Origin: an uncultured Pseudomonadota bacterium
GTDB taxonomy: Bacteria; Pseudomonadota; Alphaproteobacteria; Rhizobiales; Beijerinckiaceae
Reading direction: 5' to 3'
DNA: 64,000 bases
Assembly: GCA_963704565.1 (NCBI GenBank)
Contig: OY969917.1
Location: forward strand, 3,003,257 to 3,067,256
Shown here: positions 38,167 to 48,274 of the stretch, one piece after another
How the letters are laid out: the number at the start of each line of letters is the position of its first letter
How positions within the stretch are numbered: position 1 is the first letter of the stretch
Translations under genes and position numbers: made by a program
The notes under the pieces: generated by a model
Told to the model about the DNA's origin: nothing
Databases searched by the model: none
What the model saw: only the letters and a program-made list of their open reading frames with translations

Positions 38167-38652
38167 TTAGATGGCTTTATGGTCTGGCGCTCCGTCAGCC
38201 AACACATTGACCAGATCGACGATCTTCTTGCGCACCTTGGGGTCGGCAATGCGCGCGAAGGCGCGGTTGAGGCTCAGCCCTTCGGAGGTCATGACGAAAT
38301 CGCCGAAATAATTGTCGTCGGCGCCGCCTTCCGCCAGACCGGCTTGCGCCGCGCCGCCGGAAACCGGAGCGCCCTTGAAGAAATAAGCCAGCGGCGTGCT
38401 GAGGGCTTCCGAAATCTGCTGGAGCCGGCTGGCGCTGATCCGGTTGGCGCCCTTTTCATATTTCTGGACCTGCTGAAAGGTCAGGCCCAGGGCCTCGCCG
38501 AGCTTTTCCTGGCTCATGCCGAGGAGCATCCGGCGCATCCGCACCCGGGCGCCCACATGTTTGTCGATGGGATTGGGAACTTTGTTCACGGGCAAATACC
38601 GCTCGAAGAATTTTACAACCCTAGTTTGCACCAAGGCCTTACCTAAAGTCAA
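38167..38652 (-). CDS. XRE-family helix-turn-helix transcriptional regulator
   Basis: HVGARVRMRRMLLGMSQEKLGEALGLTFQQVQKYEKGANRISASRL is an HTH_XRE domain. TTG 38652 overlaps the lnt stop as TTGA. Internal GTG starts at 38631 and 38589 are alternatives. Confidence 0.85.
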   Translation of the reverse strand: MTLGKALVQTRVVKFFERYLPVNKVPNPIDKHVGARVRMRRMLLGMSQEKLGEALGLTFQQVQKYEKGANRISASRLQQISEALSTPLAYFFKGAPVSGGAAQAGLAEGGADDNYFGDFVMTSEGLSLNRAFARIADPKVRKKIVDLVNVLADGAPDHKAI

Positions 38653-40214
38653 ACCTTACGGCGCCCGCTCAGCGCGACAAGCAACATAGAAATCCACAAG
38701 ATCAGTGGCATAAGAATCGGAGAGCGCGAGAAAAAAGTTGGCGCCAGAGCTTTCGGCGCCTCTCCGTCAATCACGGCTTCGACGCCCAGCGGCGCGTAAG
38801 CGGTTATGCGGCCATAGGGGTCGATGATGGCGGAAATCCCCGTATTGGCGGCGCGAATCATCGGCAGGCCCTGTTCGATCGTCCGCAGCCGGGCCTGGGC
38901 GAAATGCTGATACGGCCCGGACGTCATGCCGAACCACCCGTCATTGGTGACGTTCAGCAGCGCGCCGGGGCGGAAAGCCTGCGCCGCGATCCGGCGCGCG
39001 GTCTCATTGGGAAAAATCGCTTCGTAGCAGATCAGGGGCAGCAGCGGCGGCAGGCCCGGAGCGGTGAGGAGCCGCGACGAGCGGCCGGAATTGAAGCCGC
39101 CCGGAATGGCGACGAACTGGCTTATGCCCAGCTTGGATATGACATTGGCGAAGGGGAGATATTCGCCGAAAGGGACAAGATGGATCTTGTCATAGCTCTC
39201 TTTGACTTCGCCCCCCGAGATCACCTGAATCGAATTGAAATATTGAACGCTCCATCCGTCCCGCTCGGCGCGCGCCGCGCCGGTGAACAAAGTCACGTTC
39301 TGCAAACGCGAGGCCAGAAGCGCCAAAGCCGGGCCGTCCTCGGACAGGATGAAGGGAAAGGACGATTCCGGCCAGAACAGATCGGTGATGTCGCTCAACC
39401 CGTTGCGGTCGGGCGAGGTGGCGCGGTCGGAAAGCGAGAGATATTGGTCGAGCAGCTCATTTTTCCGGTCGGCGCGGAAATCGGCGATGGCGACATTGGG
39501 CTGGATCAGCCGCAAATGCGCGCCCTTGATCACACGCTCCGGCGCCGAAAGCCGGACGGCGCCGAAAAGCCCGAGCAGGCCCAGAACAATCAATCCCGCC
39601 GCAGGCAGGGTCTTGCGGCCTTCCTCAAAGAACAGGGCGGGCGAGGCGAAGATCAGGACGGAGAGAACGGTCAGGCCGTACAACCCCCAGATTGAAGCGG
39701 TCTGCGCCAGATAAAGATTTCCGCCCAGAACCATGCCGAAATCGTTCCAGGGAAAGCCGGTCAGGATCGAGCCGCGCAGCCATTCGGCAAAGCTCAGGGC
39801 CGCCGCCAGCGCGAAAATACGCCGGGGGCTCGACGACCACAAAAGCCGCGCGACAACGAATCCCAGCGCGGTGAACAGGGCCAGAAAGGCGGGAAGCCCG
39901 ACGACGCCGAGCGGCAAAGCCCAGGCGAACCGGTCGCCATCGGCGAGGAAGGCGGCGCCGAGCCACCACAGTCCGGCGAGAAAATAGCCGAATCCCAGCC
40001 ACCATCCGGCTTCGCCGGCGCGCCGCAAACTCATCCAGCGCGAAACGCCTGCCGAGCCGTCGAGAAGCCAGACCGACAGGACCATGGGAATGGCGAAAGC
40101 GGGAAAGAAATTGACCGGCGCCAAAGCCAGCGCGCCGCAGGCGCCTCCCAGCAAGGCGATCAGGCGCCGGGGCCAGCGATCGGCGAGGACGACATAGTGG
40201 CTGAGTGCGAGCAT
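38649..40214 (-). CDS. lnt: apolipoprotein N-acyltransferase
   Basis: Internal ATG 40214. It has an N-terminal multi-TM domain and a C-terminal nitrilase-like CN-hydrolase domain (IQPN..., ICYE.IF, NDGWFG). Confidence 0.93.
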   Translation of the reverse strand: MLALSHYVVLADRWPRRLIALLGGACGALALAPVNFFPAFAIPMVLSVWLLDGSAGVSRWMSLRRAGEAGWWLGFGYFLAGLWWLGAAFLADGDRFAWALPLGVVGLPAFLALFTALGFVVARLLWSSSPRRIFALAAALSFAEWLRGSILTGFPWNDFGMVLGGNLYLAQTASIWGLYGLTVLSVLIFASPALFFEEGRKTLPAAGLIVLGLLGLFGAVRLSAPERVIKGAHLRLIQPNVAIADFRADRKNELLDQYLSLSDRATSPDRNGLSDITDLFWPESSFPFILSEDGPALALLASRLQNVTLFTGAARAERDGWSVQYFNSIQVISGGEVKESYDKIHLVPFGEYLPFANVISKLGISQFVAIPGGFNSGRSSRLLTAPGLPPLLPLICYEAIFPNETARRIAAQAFRPGALLNVTNDGWFGMTSGPYQHFAQARLRTIEQGLPMIRAANTGISAIIDPYGRITAYAPLGVEAVIDGEAPKALAPTFFSRSPILMPLILWISMLLVALSGRRKV

Positions 40215-40345
40215 CGGCTTTCCCGGCAGGGCGGCGCGTCGAATCTTGGCGGTCGCCGGCGAGTTTAAGGCGAGGTTTTCACGAATGCGAATGTCTTGCC
40301 GCGCGACCGACGGGCTTTCCCCAGGCAAAGAGCGGCGTGGAAAAC

Positions 40346-41335
40346 TCAGGAGGCGGGCTTTTCGCCCTCGGGCGTGGCGCCGATCAACCGCAATCTCAGG
40401 CGCTTGACCCGGCGCGGGTCGGCGTCGACGATGTCGAATTCGAAGGCGCGGTCCGGACTTGCGACCACTTCGCCGCGAATGGGCACCCGGCCGGCGAAGG
40501 CGGCGGCGAGCCCGCCCAACGTGTCGACATCCTCGCGCTCGCCGGCCCCAACCAGATCGAGCCCGGTCTTCTCGGCGGCTTCCTCGAGTCCGACGCGCGC
40601 GTCGGCGAGGAAAATATCGGGGCCGGCCTGGTCGATCTTGGGGCTTTCGTCGAGATCGTGCTCGTCTTCGATGTCGCCGACGATCATTTCGACAATGTCC
40701 TCGATCGACACCAGCCCGTCGGTGCCGCCATATTCGTCGATCACCAGCGCCATATGGGTTCGGGTCGCCTGCATTTTCACCAGCAGATCCAGCGCCGGCA
40801 TGGAGGGCGGCGCGTAAAGCACCGATCTGAGAATGCCCGCCGCTTCGAGCGAGACGGTCAGGTCGATGGCGAGGGAAGTCCCGCCGCCCGAGGCCCCGTC
40901 GCCCTCGTTGTCATGCCTCGTTTCCGCCTTTGCCGCGACGAAATCGACGAAATCCCGGATGTGAACCATGCCGCGCGGGTCGTCGAGCGTCTCGCCGATC
41001 ACCGGCAGGCGGGAATGGCCGGCGGTGCGGAAAATCGCCAGAACCTCGCCGAGCGGCGCGTCGATCGGCGTCGAAATAATATCGGCGCGCGGCACCATGA
41101 CGTCGCTGACCCGGACTTCATGCAGCCCCAGCACGTTTTTCAGGATCGTCCGCTCCTGCGGACTGAACGTGTCGGCGACCGAGGCGTCTTCCAGCGCGTC
41201 CTCGATATCGTCGCGGATCGAGGCGCCGCCAAGGCCGAACACGGCCCGCAGGCGATCCATCAGCGAAGCGCCGGGCTTGGCGGGACTTCGCTCGACGGGA
41301 GGGGAATCTTCGTTTTCAAGTTCAGGGGCGGACAT
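40346..41335 (-). CDS. corC: CorC/TlyC-family protein with CBS pair and transporter-associated domain
   Basis: V.DVMVPRADI and HSR.PV mark the CBS pair. ALVIDEYGGTDGLVSIEDI.E.IVG.I.DE and the C-terminal CorC_HlyC domain are present. Confidence 0.9.
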   Translation of the reverse strand: MSAPELENEDSPPVERSPAKPGASLMDRLRAVFGLGGASIRDDIEDALEDASVADTFSPQERTILKNVLGLHEVRVSDVMVPRADIISTPIDAPLGEVLAIFRTAGHSRLPVIGETLDDPRGMVHIRDFVDFVAAKAETRHDNEGDGASGGGTSLAIDLTVSLEAAGILRSVLYAPPSMPALDLLVKMQATRTHMALVIDEYGGTDGLVSIEDIVEMIVGDIEDEHDLDESPKIDQAGPDIFLADARVGLEEAAEKTGLDLVGAGEREDVDTLGGLAAAFAGRVPIRGEVVASPDRAFEFDIVDADPRRVKRLRLRLIGATPEGEKPAS

Positions 41336-41350
41336 GATCCTCGGGCTCTT

Positions 41351-41836
41351 TTATTGAAGTGGATCGCCATAGGGATTGGCGATCCCGAAACTTTGCAGAA
41401 TGCGGATTTCCATCGCTTCCATTTCCGCCGCCTCGGCCTCGGTTTCGTGGTCGTAGCCGAGAAGATGGAGGAATCCGTGGACGATCATGTGACGCGCGTG
41501 ATCCGCGAAGGATTTGCCTTGTTGCTGGGCTTCGCGGGCGACGGTCTCATAGCCGAGCGCGATGTCGCCCAGCACCGGCGCGGGCTCCGGAAGGTCGGGG
41601 CCGGGAAAGGACAGCACATTGGTCGGCTTGTCCTTGCCGCGAAAGTCGCGGTTCAGGACGCGCATCCGCGCATCGTCGCAAAACAGCAGGCTGACCTCGG
41701 CGCTTTGGGCCGGATTTTCTTCCGATTCCCGCAAGGCGGCTTCCATGCTTTGCGTCGCAAAGCCTTCGAGGTCGCCAAGCTCTTGCCATTTCGGCTCTTC
41801 GACCGCGATTTCGACGACGAGGCTCAAGGCGACCAA
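41351..41836 (-). CDS. ybeY: rRNA maturation RNase YbeY
   Basis: HGFLHLLGYDH is the zinc motif, and TNVLSFP is present. The ORF-track start is TTG 41836. An alternative TTG at 41827 overlaps the phoH stop as TTGA. Confidence 0.93.
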   Translation of the reverse strand: MVALSLVVEIAVEEPKWQELGDLEGFATQSMEAALRESEENPAQSAEVSLLFCDDARMRVLNRDFRGKDKPTNVLSFPGPDLPEPAPVLGDIALGYETVAREAQQQGKSFADHARHMIVHGFLHLLGYDHETEAEAAEMEAMEIRILQSFGIANPYGDPLQ

Positions 41837-42885
41837 TCCTTGTCGCTATTCGAGCGGGGCGGCGGTTTTTCGCGCTCGTTGCGCGCCGCCGCCTCATAGG
41901 CGCCGACGATGCGCCGCACCAGATCGTGGCGGACGACATCGGCTTCGGTCAAGGTCACGAGGCCGACGCCTTCGAGATTTTTCAGCAAGGCGATGGCTTC
42001 GCTCAAGCCCGACTTCTGGCCCGGGGGCAGGTCGGTCTGGGTCGGATCGCCGGTGACGACCATGCGCGAGCCCTCGCCGAGACGGGTCAGGAACATTTTC
42101 ATCTGCATGGCCGTGGCGTTCTGCGCCTCGTCCAGCAGGATACAGGAATTGCTGAGAGTTCGTCCGCGCATAAAAGCGAGCGGGGCGACTTCGATCATGC
42201 CGGTCTGCATGCCGCGCTCGACGGTGCGCGGGTCCATGAAATCCTGGAGCGCGTCATAGATCGGACGCAGGTAAGGATCGACTTTTTCCCGCATGTCGCC
42301 GGGCAGGAAGCCCAAACGCTCACCCGCCTCGACGGCGGGGCGCGACAGGATCAGGCGCTCGACCACGCCCTGCTCCAGCAGGGACACGGCATGGCCGACG
42401 GCGAGCCAGGTCTTGCCGGTGCCGGCCGGCCCCGCCGCGAACACCAGCTCATGGCGCTTCAATTCGCGCATATAGAGATCCTGCGCCGGCGTCCGGGCGC
42501 GCACCGGTCCCTTCTTGCGCGTCGAAATCTGCTCGAAGGTCGAGCGCGGGCCCCGGCTTTCGCTGGGAAAGAGATTGCCCTGCAAGGCGCATTCCTGGAT
42601 CGCGCCATCGACATCGCCCATGGTCGCCGCATGGCCCGAGCGCGCCCGAGCCCACAGAATCTGCAAGACCCGCCGGGCGTGGCCGACCGCGTCCGGCTCG
42701 CCCTTGATGACGAGATGATTGCCATTGGCGTTGAGCGAAACGTTCAGCCGCCGCTCGATGCGCGCGATATTCTGGTCATATTGGCCGAAGACCAGCGAAG
42801 CCGTGCGGTTGTCGTCCAGGGTCAGGCCGGATTCCGCCGCCGCGCCGTTCTCGGCCTTTTCCAGCGCGTCGTCGAATGAGGCCAT
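41824..42885 (-). CDS. phoH: PhoH-family ATPase (YbeZ)
   Basis: Walker A GPAGTGKT is present, with LILSRPAVEAGE.LGFLPGD and ILLDEAQN. Confidence 0.93.
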   Translation of the reverse strand: MASFDDALEKAENGAAAESGLTLDDNRTASLVFGQYDQNIARIERRLNVSLNANGNHLVIKGEPDAVGHARRVLQILWARARSGHAATMGDVDGAIQECALQGNLFPSESRGPRSTFEQISTRKKGPVRARTPAQDLYMRELKRHELVFAAGPAGTGKTWLAVGHAVSLLEQGVVERLILSRPAVEAGERLGFLPGDMREKVDPYLRPIYDALQDFMDPRTVERGMQTGMIEVAPLAFMRGRTLSNSCILLDEAQNATAMQMKMFLTRLGEGSRMVVTGDPTQTDLPPGQKSGLSEAIALLKNLEGVGLVTLTEADVVRHDLVRRIVGAYEAAARNEREKPPPRSNSDKDWSP

Positions 42886-42886
42886 C

Positions 42887-44308
42887 TTAGCGCGCCTCTT
42901 TCGCCAGCCGGCCGAACAGCGAGTTCGAGCCGCATTCGACGATTTCGACCGCCGCGACCGTCCCGATCAGGCTGTCCGGCCCGTCGGCGTGAACCGCCTG
43001 GAGATAGGGGGTTTTTCCGCCGATCTGGCCCGGCCGCCGGCCCGGCTTTTCGAACAGGACATCGACGGTCCGGCCGACCATCGCCCGATTGAATGCGGCG
43101 CGCTGCGCCTCGACCAGCTCGCCGAGGCGGGCGAGACGCTCGGTCTTGACCGCTTCCTCGACCTGATCCGCAAGTTCCGCGCCCGGCGTACCGGGGCGCG
43201 GCGAATATTTGAAATAGAAGGTCGAAGCGAAATCGACGGCGCGGATCAAGGCGAGCGTGGCCTCGAAATCCTCATCCGTCTCGCCGGGAAAGCCGACGAT
43301 GAAATCCGACGACAAAGCGATATCCGGCCGCGCCGCGCGAATTTTTTTGGCCAGACGCAGAAAATCCTCGGCCCGGTGCTTGCGGTTCATCGCGGCGAGT
43401 ATGCGGTCGGAGCCCGATTGCACCGGAAGATGCAGAAAGGGCATCAGCTTCGCCGCTTCGCCATGGGCGCGGATCAGATCGTCGGCCATGTCATTGGGAT
43501 GGCTGGTGGTGTAGCGCAGGCGCGCCAGCCCCGCGATCTCGGACAGCCGCTCGACCAGCCGGGCCAGCGACCAGATTTCATCGTCCTCGCCCTTCCCGTG
43601 GAAAGCATTGACGTTCTGCCCGAGAAGCGTGATTTCGCGCACCCCGGCGCGGGTCAGCGCCTCGGCTTCGGCGACGATTTTTTGCACCTCGCGCGAGGCC
43701 TCGGCGCCGCGCGTATAGGGCACGACGCAAAAGGAGCAGAATTTGTCGCAGCCTTCCTGAACCGTCAGGAAGGCGCTGAGTCCGCGCGTCCTGATCTTGT
43801 CGGCGGTGGGCGGCGTCAGGTGGTTGAACTTGTCGTCAACGGGAAAATCGGTGTCGATCGCCGGCCCGTCGGCCGCCAGACGCACCAATTCCGGCAGGCG
43901 ATGATAGGACTGCGGCCCGACGACAATATCGACCGCGCGCTGCTTGCGGAAAATTTCCCCGCCTTCGGCCTGGGCGACGCAGCCGGCGACGGCGATGCGC
44001 AAGTCCTTGCCCTCGGCGCGGCGCTCCTCTTTCAGCCGCCGCAGCCGGCCCAGCTCGGAAAACACCTTTTCGGAGGCTTTTTCGCGGATATGGCAGGTGT
44101 TCAGAATGACCAGATCGGCGTCCTCGATCGCGCCCGTCTCCGAAAAGCCCTCGGGCGCCAGGACATCCGCCATGCGGGTGGCGTCATAGACATTCATCTG
44201 GCAGCCGAAGGATTTGACGTGGAGCTTTTTGGCCGCCTTTTCGCCCTGGCCGGACCGGGCAGGCGCCCAGTCTTTCTGGACCGTGGCTGCTTCGAGATCG
44301 GAATTCAA
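42887..44308 (-). CDS. miaB: tRNA-2-methylthio-N6-dimethylallyladenosine synthase
   Basis: The UPF0004 domain has [11 protein letters not shown]. The radical-SAM motif is [15 protein letters not shown], and a C-terminal TRAM domain is present. The TTG start overlaps the upstream stop as TTGA. Confidence 0.94.
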   Translation of the reverse strand: MNSDLEAATVQKDWAPARSGQGEKAAKKLHVKSFGCQMNVYDATRMADVLAPEGFSETGAIEDADLVILNTCHIREKASEKVFSELGRLRRLKEERRAEGKDLRIAVAGCVAQAEGGEIFRKQRAVDIVVGPQSYHRLPELVRLAADGPAIDTDFPVDDKFNHLTPPTADKIRTRGLSAFLTVQEGCDKFCSFCVVPYTRGAEASREVQKIVAEAEALTRAGVREITLLGQNVNAFHGKGEDDEIWSLARLVERLSEIAGLARLRYTTSHPNDMADDLIRAHGEAAKLMPFLHLPVQSGSDRILAAMNRKHRAEDFLRLAKKIRAARPDIALSSDFIVGFPGETDEDFEATLALIRAVDFASTFYFKYSPRPGTPGAELADQVEEAVKTERLARLGELVEAQRAAFNRAMVGRTVDVLFEKPGRRPGQIGGKTPYLQAVHADGPDSLIGTVAAVEIVECGSNSLFGRLAKEAR

Positions 44309-45186
44309 ATTTCCTCCGTGGCGTCGGAACCGAGCTTTTCGAGCGCCGATCCTACGCCTTTCCGCCGTGAATTTCCTAAAATTTTATTATCGAAGCTCAG
44401 GTCGGCGATCCGCGCCTCGGCCAGCGCGCGCACCCTGTTTTCCGTCTCCAGCGCGATGGATTTGCGGTCGCTGTCGGCGCGAAAAGCCAGCGGCGCGCCA
44501 AAACGCACCCGGCAATCCACCGGCGCGCTTTTCAGCAGCAGCCAGATATGGGGCGCGAGATCGGCGTCGCCGAACCAGGCCAGGGCGCGGCGGCTCGCCT
44601 CATCGAGCGGCTTGCCCCTGGAATGGGTGTAAACGATCGCCGCCGGCTGGATCGTCACCTCGGCGACCTCGGGGAAAAGGCGTAAGGCGTCGCGCGCCGC
44701 CGCGAAATGCGACGGCTTGAAACTCAGAACCCCCGCGCCGTCGGTGGAGGTTCCTTCGCCGAACAGCAGGACATCCTCGCCGGCGACCATCTTTTGCGCC
44801 ATCAGCGCATTCACGCGGGGCACGTCGGCGCGGCTGTCGCGGCGCACGAAAATCGTGTCCTGGACCTTGGCGAAAGCGCCGAGAACCGGCCAGCCCGCAA
44901 CCTCGCTCTTGGCGACGAAACAGGGCGTTTCGCGGCTCGCCAGGGCGAGAATGTCGCTCCAGGACACATGATTGGCGACGATCATGCGGGGTTTCGGCCC
45001 CAGAAGCGCTTCGCCCTCGAAATGAACCCGCAGGCCGAGCAGGGCGCAGATGGTCCGCGAGAAAAAGACCGGAATTTTTTCGGCCAGGGCCCAGCCGCGC
45101 CGGCGCGCCAAAGCCTGAACCGGCGCGCCGAAGCAATAGAAGCCCACCAGGGCCAGGACCAATGAAAACGCTCGAAAATAAGCCAT
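44305..45186 (-). CDS. lysophospholipid (1-acyl-sn-glycerol-3-phosphate) acyltransferase family protein
   Basis: NHVSWSDI (HX4D) and FGEGTS are acyltransferase motifs. An N-terminal TM helix is present. Confidence 0.85.
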   Translation of the reverse strand: MAYFRAFSLVLALVGFYCFGAPVQALARRRGWALAEKIPVFFSRTICALLGLRVHFEGEALLGPKPRMIVANHVSWSDILALASRETPCFVAKSEVAGWPVLGAFAKVQDTIFVRRDSRADVPRVNALMAQKMVAGEDVLLFGEGTSTDGAGVLSFKPSHFAAARDALRLFPEVAEVTIQPAAIVYTHSRGKPLDEASRRALAWFGDADLAPHIWLLLKSAPVDCRVRFGAPLAFRADSDRKSIALETENRVRALAEARIADLSFDNKILGNSRRKGVGSALEKLGSDATEEI

Positions 45187-45233
45187 TGCCGCCGGTTAGG
45201 TCGATGTCATGACATATTTATGACCGCTTGCGC

Positions 45234-45284
45234 GGCCAAGGGGATCAGGCCAAGGGGATCAGGCCAAGGTCTCAGGCCAAAGCG
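45234..45284. repeat. 14-bp tandem repeat (about 3.5 units) reiterating the rimI stop codon region
   Basis: GGCCAAGGGGATCA occurs twice (45234-45261), then GGCCAAGGTCTCA, then GGCCAAAGCG (the last rimI codons). On the coding strand each unit reads TTGGCC-TGA. Confidence 0.85.
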
Positions 45285-45757
45285 CGGCGCATGATCAGGG
45301 CGTCGCCGGCTTTGCCTTCGGCCTTTGCATAATAGCTTTTGCGCCGGCCTTCGACGGCGAAGCCAAAACGACGGTAAAGCGCCAGCGCCGCCGCATTGGC
45401 CTCATCGACTTCCAGGAACAGGTTCCTGACCCTGAACGCCGCCAGCCGCGCCAGATGAGCGGCCAGCAGCCGTTGTCCATGGCCGTGGCGGCGGAAGCCG
45501 GGTGCGACGACAAGGGTCAGCACTTCGGCTTCGTCCGCCGCGCGGCGCGACAGGATGAAGCTGGCGAGGCTGGATCCGATCTCAATTCCATCCGCGACAC
45601 AGGCCGGCTCGTTGATCAGGGCCTCGAATTCCGCCACCGACCAGGAATGGGCGAAACTCGTCCGGTGCAGTCGGGCGCAAGCCGCCGCGTCGGCGCCGCG
45701 AAGCCGGCGAGAGGTGGCGGGCGCGTCGCGCCAGCCGAAGAAGAAGGGCGCCTTCAT
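45272..45757 (-). CDS. rimI: ribosomal-protein-alanine N-acetyltransferase (GNAT)
   Basis: Internal ATG 45757 overlaps the tsaB stop as ATGA. The GNAT motif is VAPGFRRHGHGQRLL...LEV...N..A..LY...GF. Confidence 0.88.
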   Translation of the reverse strand: MKAPFFFGWRDAPATSRRLRGADAAACARLHRTSFAHSWSVAEFEALINEPACVADGIEIGSSLASFILSRRAADEAEVLTLVVAPGFRRHGHGQRLLAAHLARLAAFRVRNLFLEVDEANAAALALYRRFGFAVEGRRKSYYAKAEGKAGDALIMRRALA

Positions 45758-46446
45758 GGAAGGTCCAGCCTCGGGGCGGGCCGTTTCGCCGGCTGGGCGT
45801 CCGGGGCTTTGAGATAGATCGGCCGCGCCGGCGCATTGCCGGGCGAGGCGGCGAGACCCAGCCGGGCGACGGCGAGGATGTCGGGGGCCGCCGCGCCATT
45901 CACGACCATTATGTCCGCGCCGGACAGGGCCGCCTCGTCGCGCAGCAGCAGCGCGCCCGATCCGGCCGCGCGCACGCGAGCGCCGCCGAGCAGCCGGCAG
46001 GCGTCCTTCACCGCCAGAATACGCGGCGACGTGAGGAGGCGGCCGCCCGGACCATAGGCGGAAAAATAGACATGGCCATGCCGCGCGTCGATCGCGGTGG
46101 CGACAATGCCATCGGCCTCTCCCGCCAGCAGCGGCGCGGCGAAAGCGGCCAAAGTCGAGACGCCGACAACATCGAGGCCACGCGCCAGCGCGATCCCGCG
46201 CGCGGCGGCGACGCCGATGCGAATGCCGGTAAAGGAGCCCGGCCCGACGGTCACGGCGACGCGATCGAGCGAGGCGAATCCGCCCTCGACCTTGGCCATG
46301 AGCTTTTCGATCATCGGCATCAGCGCTTCGGCGTGGCCCTTCTCCATGGCCACGGAGTCGCGCGCGACCGGCTCGTCGGCCCCCTCGTCGAGAACGCAGA
46401 CGGAAACAGCCGGCAGAGCCGTGTCGATCGCGAGTATGCGCGTCAC
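45754..46446 (-). CDS. tsaB: tRNA threonylcarbamoyladenosine biosynthesis protein TsaB
   Basis: RILAIDTA....SV.V and VGPGSFTGIRIGVAAARG are TsaB signatures. The start is GTG. Confidence 0.92.
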   Translation of the reverse strand: MTRILAIDTALPAVSVCVLDEGADEPVARDSVAMEKGHAEALMPMIEKLMAKVEGGFASLDRVAVTVGPGSFTGIRIGVAAARGIALARGLDVVGVSTLAAFAAPLLAGEADGIVATAIDARHGHVYFSAYGPGGRLLTSPRILAVKDACRLLGGARVRAAGSGALLLRDEAALSGADIMVVNGAAAPDILAVARLGLAASPGNAPARPIYLKAPDAQPAKRPAPRLDLP

Positions 46447-46486
46447 GCCAGCCGTTTCCTCTCGACAACAAGGCCCATGCGGGGTT

Positions 46487-47044
46487 TCAGATCTGCTCGA
46501 CGGATGTCACTTCCGGCACGAAATGGCAGATCAGGTTCTGCACGCCGCGCTTGAGCGTCGCGGTCGAGGACGGGCAGCCGGAACAGGCGCCCTTCATTTT
46601 CAGATAGACCACGCCGTCCTTGAAGCCCCGGAACATGATGTCGCCGCCGTCCGCCGCCACGGCGGGGCGGACGCGCGTTTCGAGCAGTTCCTTGACCTTG
46701 GCCACGATTTCCGCGTGTTCAGGCGCGAAATATTCGTCCTGCGCGGGCTCGCCGCCGGCGCCGTGGGCCAGGACCGGCGCGCCGGAGGTGAAATGCTCCA
46801 TGATGACGCCGAGAATGGCCGGCTTGAGATATTGCCAATCGCCGGAGGATTTCGTGACCGAGATGAAATCGGGTCCGAAAAACACGCCGCTGATCCCGCC
46901 GATGCCGAAAATGGCGCTCGCCAGCGGCGAGGCCTCGGCGGCCTGCGCGCTCGGCATGTCGACGGGCGCGCCGTCGAGCACTGTGACGCCGGGAATGAAT
47001 TTCACGGTCGCGGGATTGGGCGTCGCTTCAGTCTGGATGAACAT
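46487..47044 (-). CDS. NifU/Nfu-type Fe-S cluster assembly protein
   Basis: The Nfu_N domain is MFIQTEATPNPATVKF, and the C-terminal NifU domain has GACSGCPSS. Confidence 0.92.
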   Translation of the reverse strand: MFIQTEATPNPATVKFIPGVTVLDGAPVDMPSAQAAEASPLASAIFGIGGISGVFFGPDFISVTKSSGDWQYLKPAILGVIMEHFTSGAPVLAHGAGGEPAQDEYFAPEHAEIVAKVKELLETRVRPAVAADGGDIMFRGFKDGVVYLKMKGACSGCPSSTATLKRGVQNLICHFVPEVTSVEQI

Positions 47045-47144
47045 TCATGCCTCCGATATCTTCCGGTTCAAGGCCGGAGATGGTTCCTCTGGATAGATAA
47101 GCCTTTCGCCAAAAGAGTGAAAGGCCGGACATTTCGCGACGCGT

Positions 47145-48179
47145 TCAGCGAATGAACCCGAGGATGTCCTTGACCTGGGCCATGTTCGGCTCGGCGATGG
47201 CGCGCGCGCGCTTCGCCCCGTCGCGCAGGACGGTATCGATATAGCCGGGATCGGCTTCAAGCCGCCGCATTTCGGCGCCGATCGGACCCAGTTGCGTCAC
47301 CGCGAGGTCGATCAAGGCCTGTTTGAAGGTCGAGAATTGCGCCCCGCCGAACTGCTGGAGCACGGCTTCCGGCGTCGAATCGCTCAAGGCCGCGAAAATT
47401 CCGACCAGATTTTCGGCCTCGGGACGCCCGTTCAAGCCGTCCTTGTCCGCCGGCAAGGGTTCGGGATCGGTCTTGGCCTTGCGCACCTTCTGGGCGATGG
47501 CGTCGGAATCGTCGGACAGGTTGATGCGCGAAAATTCCGACGGGTCGGATTTGGACATTTTCTTGGTCCCGTCGCGCAGGCTCATCACCCGCGCCGCCGG
47601 ACCCTGGATCAAGGGCGCCGGCAAGGGGAAAAAGCCGCCCTCATGGCCGTTGTCGGCGATGGATTCGGCGAAATCGTTGTTGAATTTCTGCGCGATGTCG
47701 CGCGCCAGTTCGATATGCTGCTTCTGATCCTCGCCGACCGGCACATGGGTCGCCTTGTAAAGCAGGATGTCCGCCGCCATCAAAGTCGGATAGGCGAAAA
47801 GGCCGATCGAGGCGTTCTCGCGATCCTTGCCCGCCTTTTCCTTGAACTGGGTCATGCGGTTGAGCCAGCCGATGCGCGCGACGCAATTGAAAACCCAGGC
47901 CAGCTCCGCATGTTCGGCGATCTGGCTTTGATTGAAGATGATGTTCTTGGCCGGATCGACCCCGGAGGCGATATAGGCGGCGGCGATCCTGCGGATCGCC
48001 TGACGCAGCTCCTTGGGATCCTGGGGCACGGTGATCGCGTGCAGATCGACCACGCAGAACAGGCATTCGTGGGTCTTTTGCAACGCGACGAATTTGACGA
48101 TGGCGCCGAGATAATTGCCGAGATGGAGATTTCCAGTCGGCTGGATGCCGGAAAAGACGCGTTCGGGGAAGGAGGTCAT
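47145..48179 (-). CDS. trpS: tryptophan--tRNA ligase
   Basis: [16 protein letters not shown] is the HIGH-type motif and KMSKS is present (KKMSKSD). Confidence 0.96.
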   Translation of the reverse strand: MTSFPERVFSGIQPTGNLHLGNYLGAIVKFVALQKTHECLFCVVDLHAITVPQDPKELRQAIRRIAAAYIASGVDPAKNIIFNQSQIAEHAELAWVFNCVARIGWLNRMTQFKEKAGKDRENASIGLFAYPTLMAADILLYKATHVPVGEDQKQHIELARDIAQKFNNDFAESIADNGHEGGFFPLPAPLIQGPAARVMSLRDGTKKMSKSDPSEFSRINLSDDSDAIAQKVRKAKTDPEPLPADKDGLNGRPEAENLVGIFAALSDSTPEAVLQQFGGAQFSTFKQALIDLAVTQLGPIGAEMRRLEADPGYIDTVLRDGAKRARAIAEPNMAQVKDILGFIR

Positions 48180-48274
48180 CGCGATCCGCCAGGGGGTGAA
48201 AGTTTGACCGTCTTATGGCCGCGCGCGAAATTCCTGGCAAGGGCGCGCGAAAAATCATCAATCGCCTGCGAACA

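Noticed and set aside
47045-47144. Hairpin GCCTTTC-N11-GAAAGGC downstream of trpS, considered as a terminator.
   Set aside because: It has only a 7-bp stem, a large loop and an interrupted T-tract (TTATCTAT). That is too weak to call.
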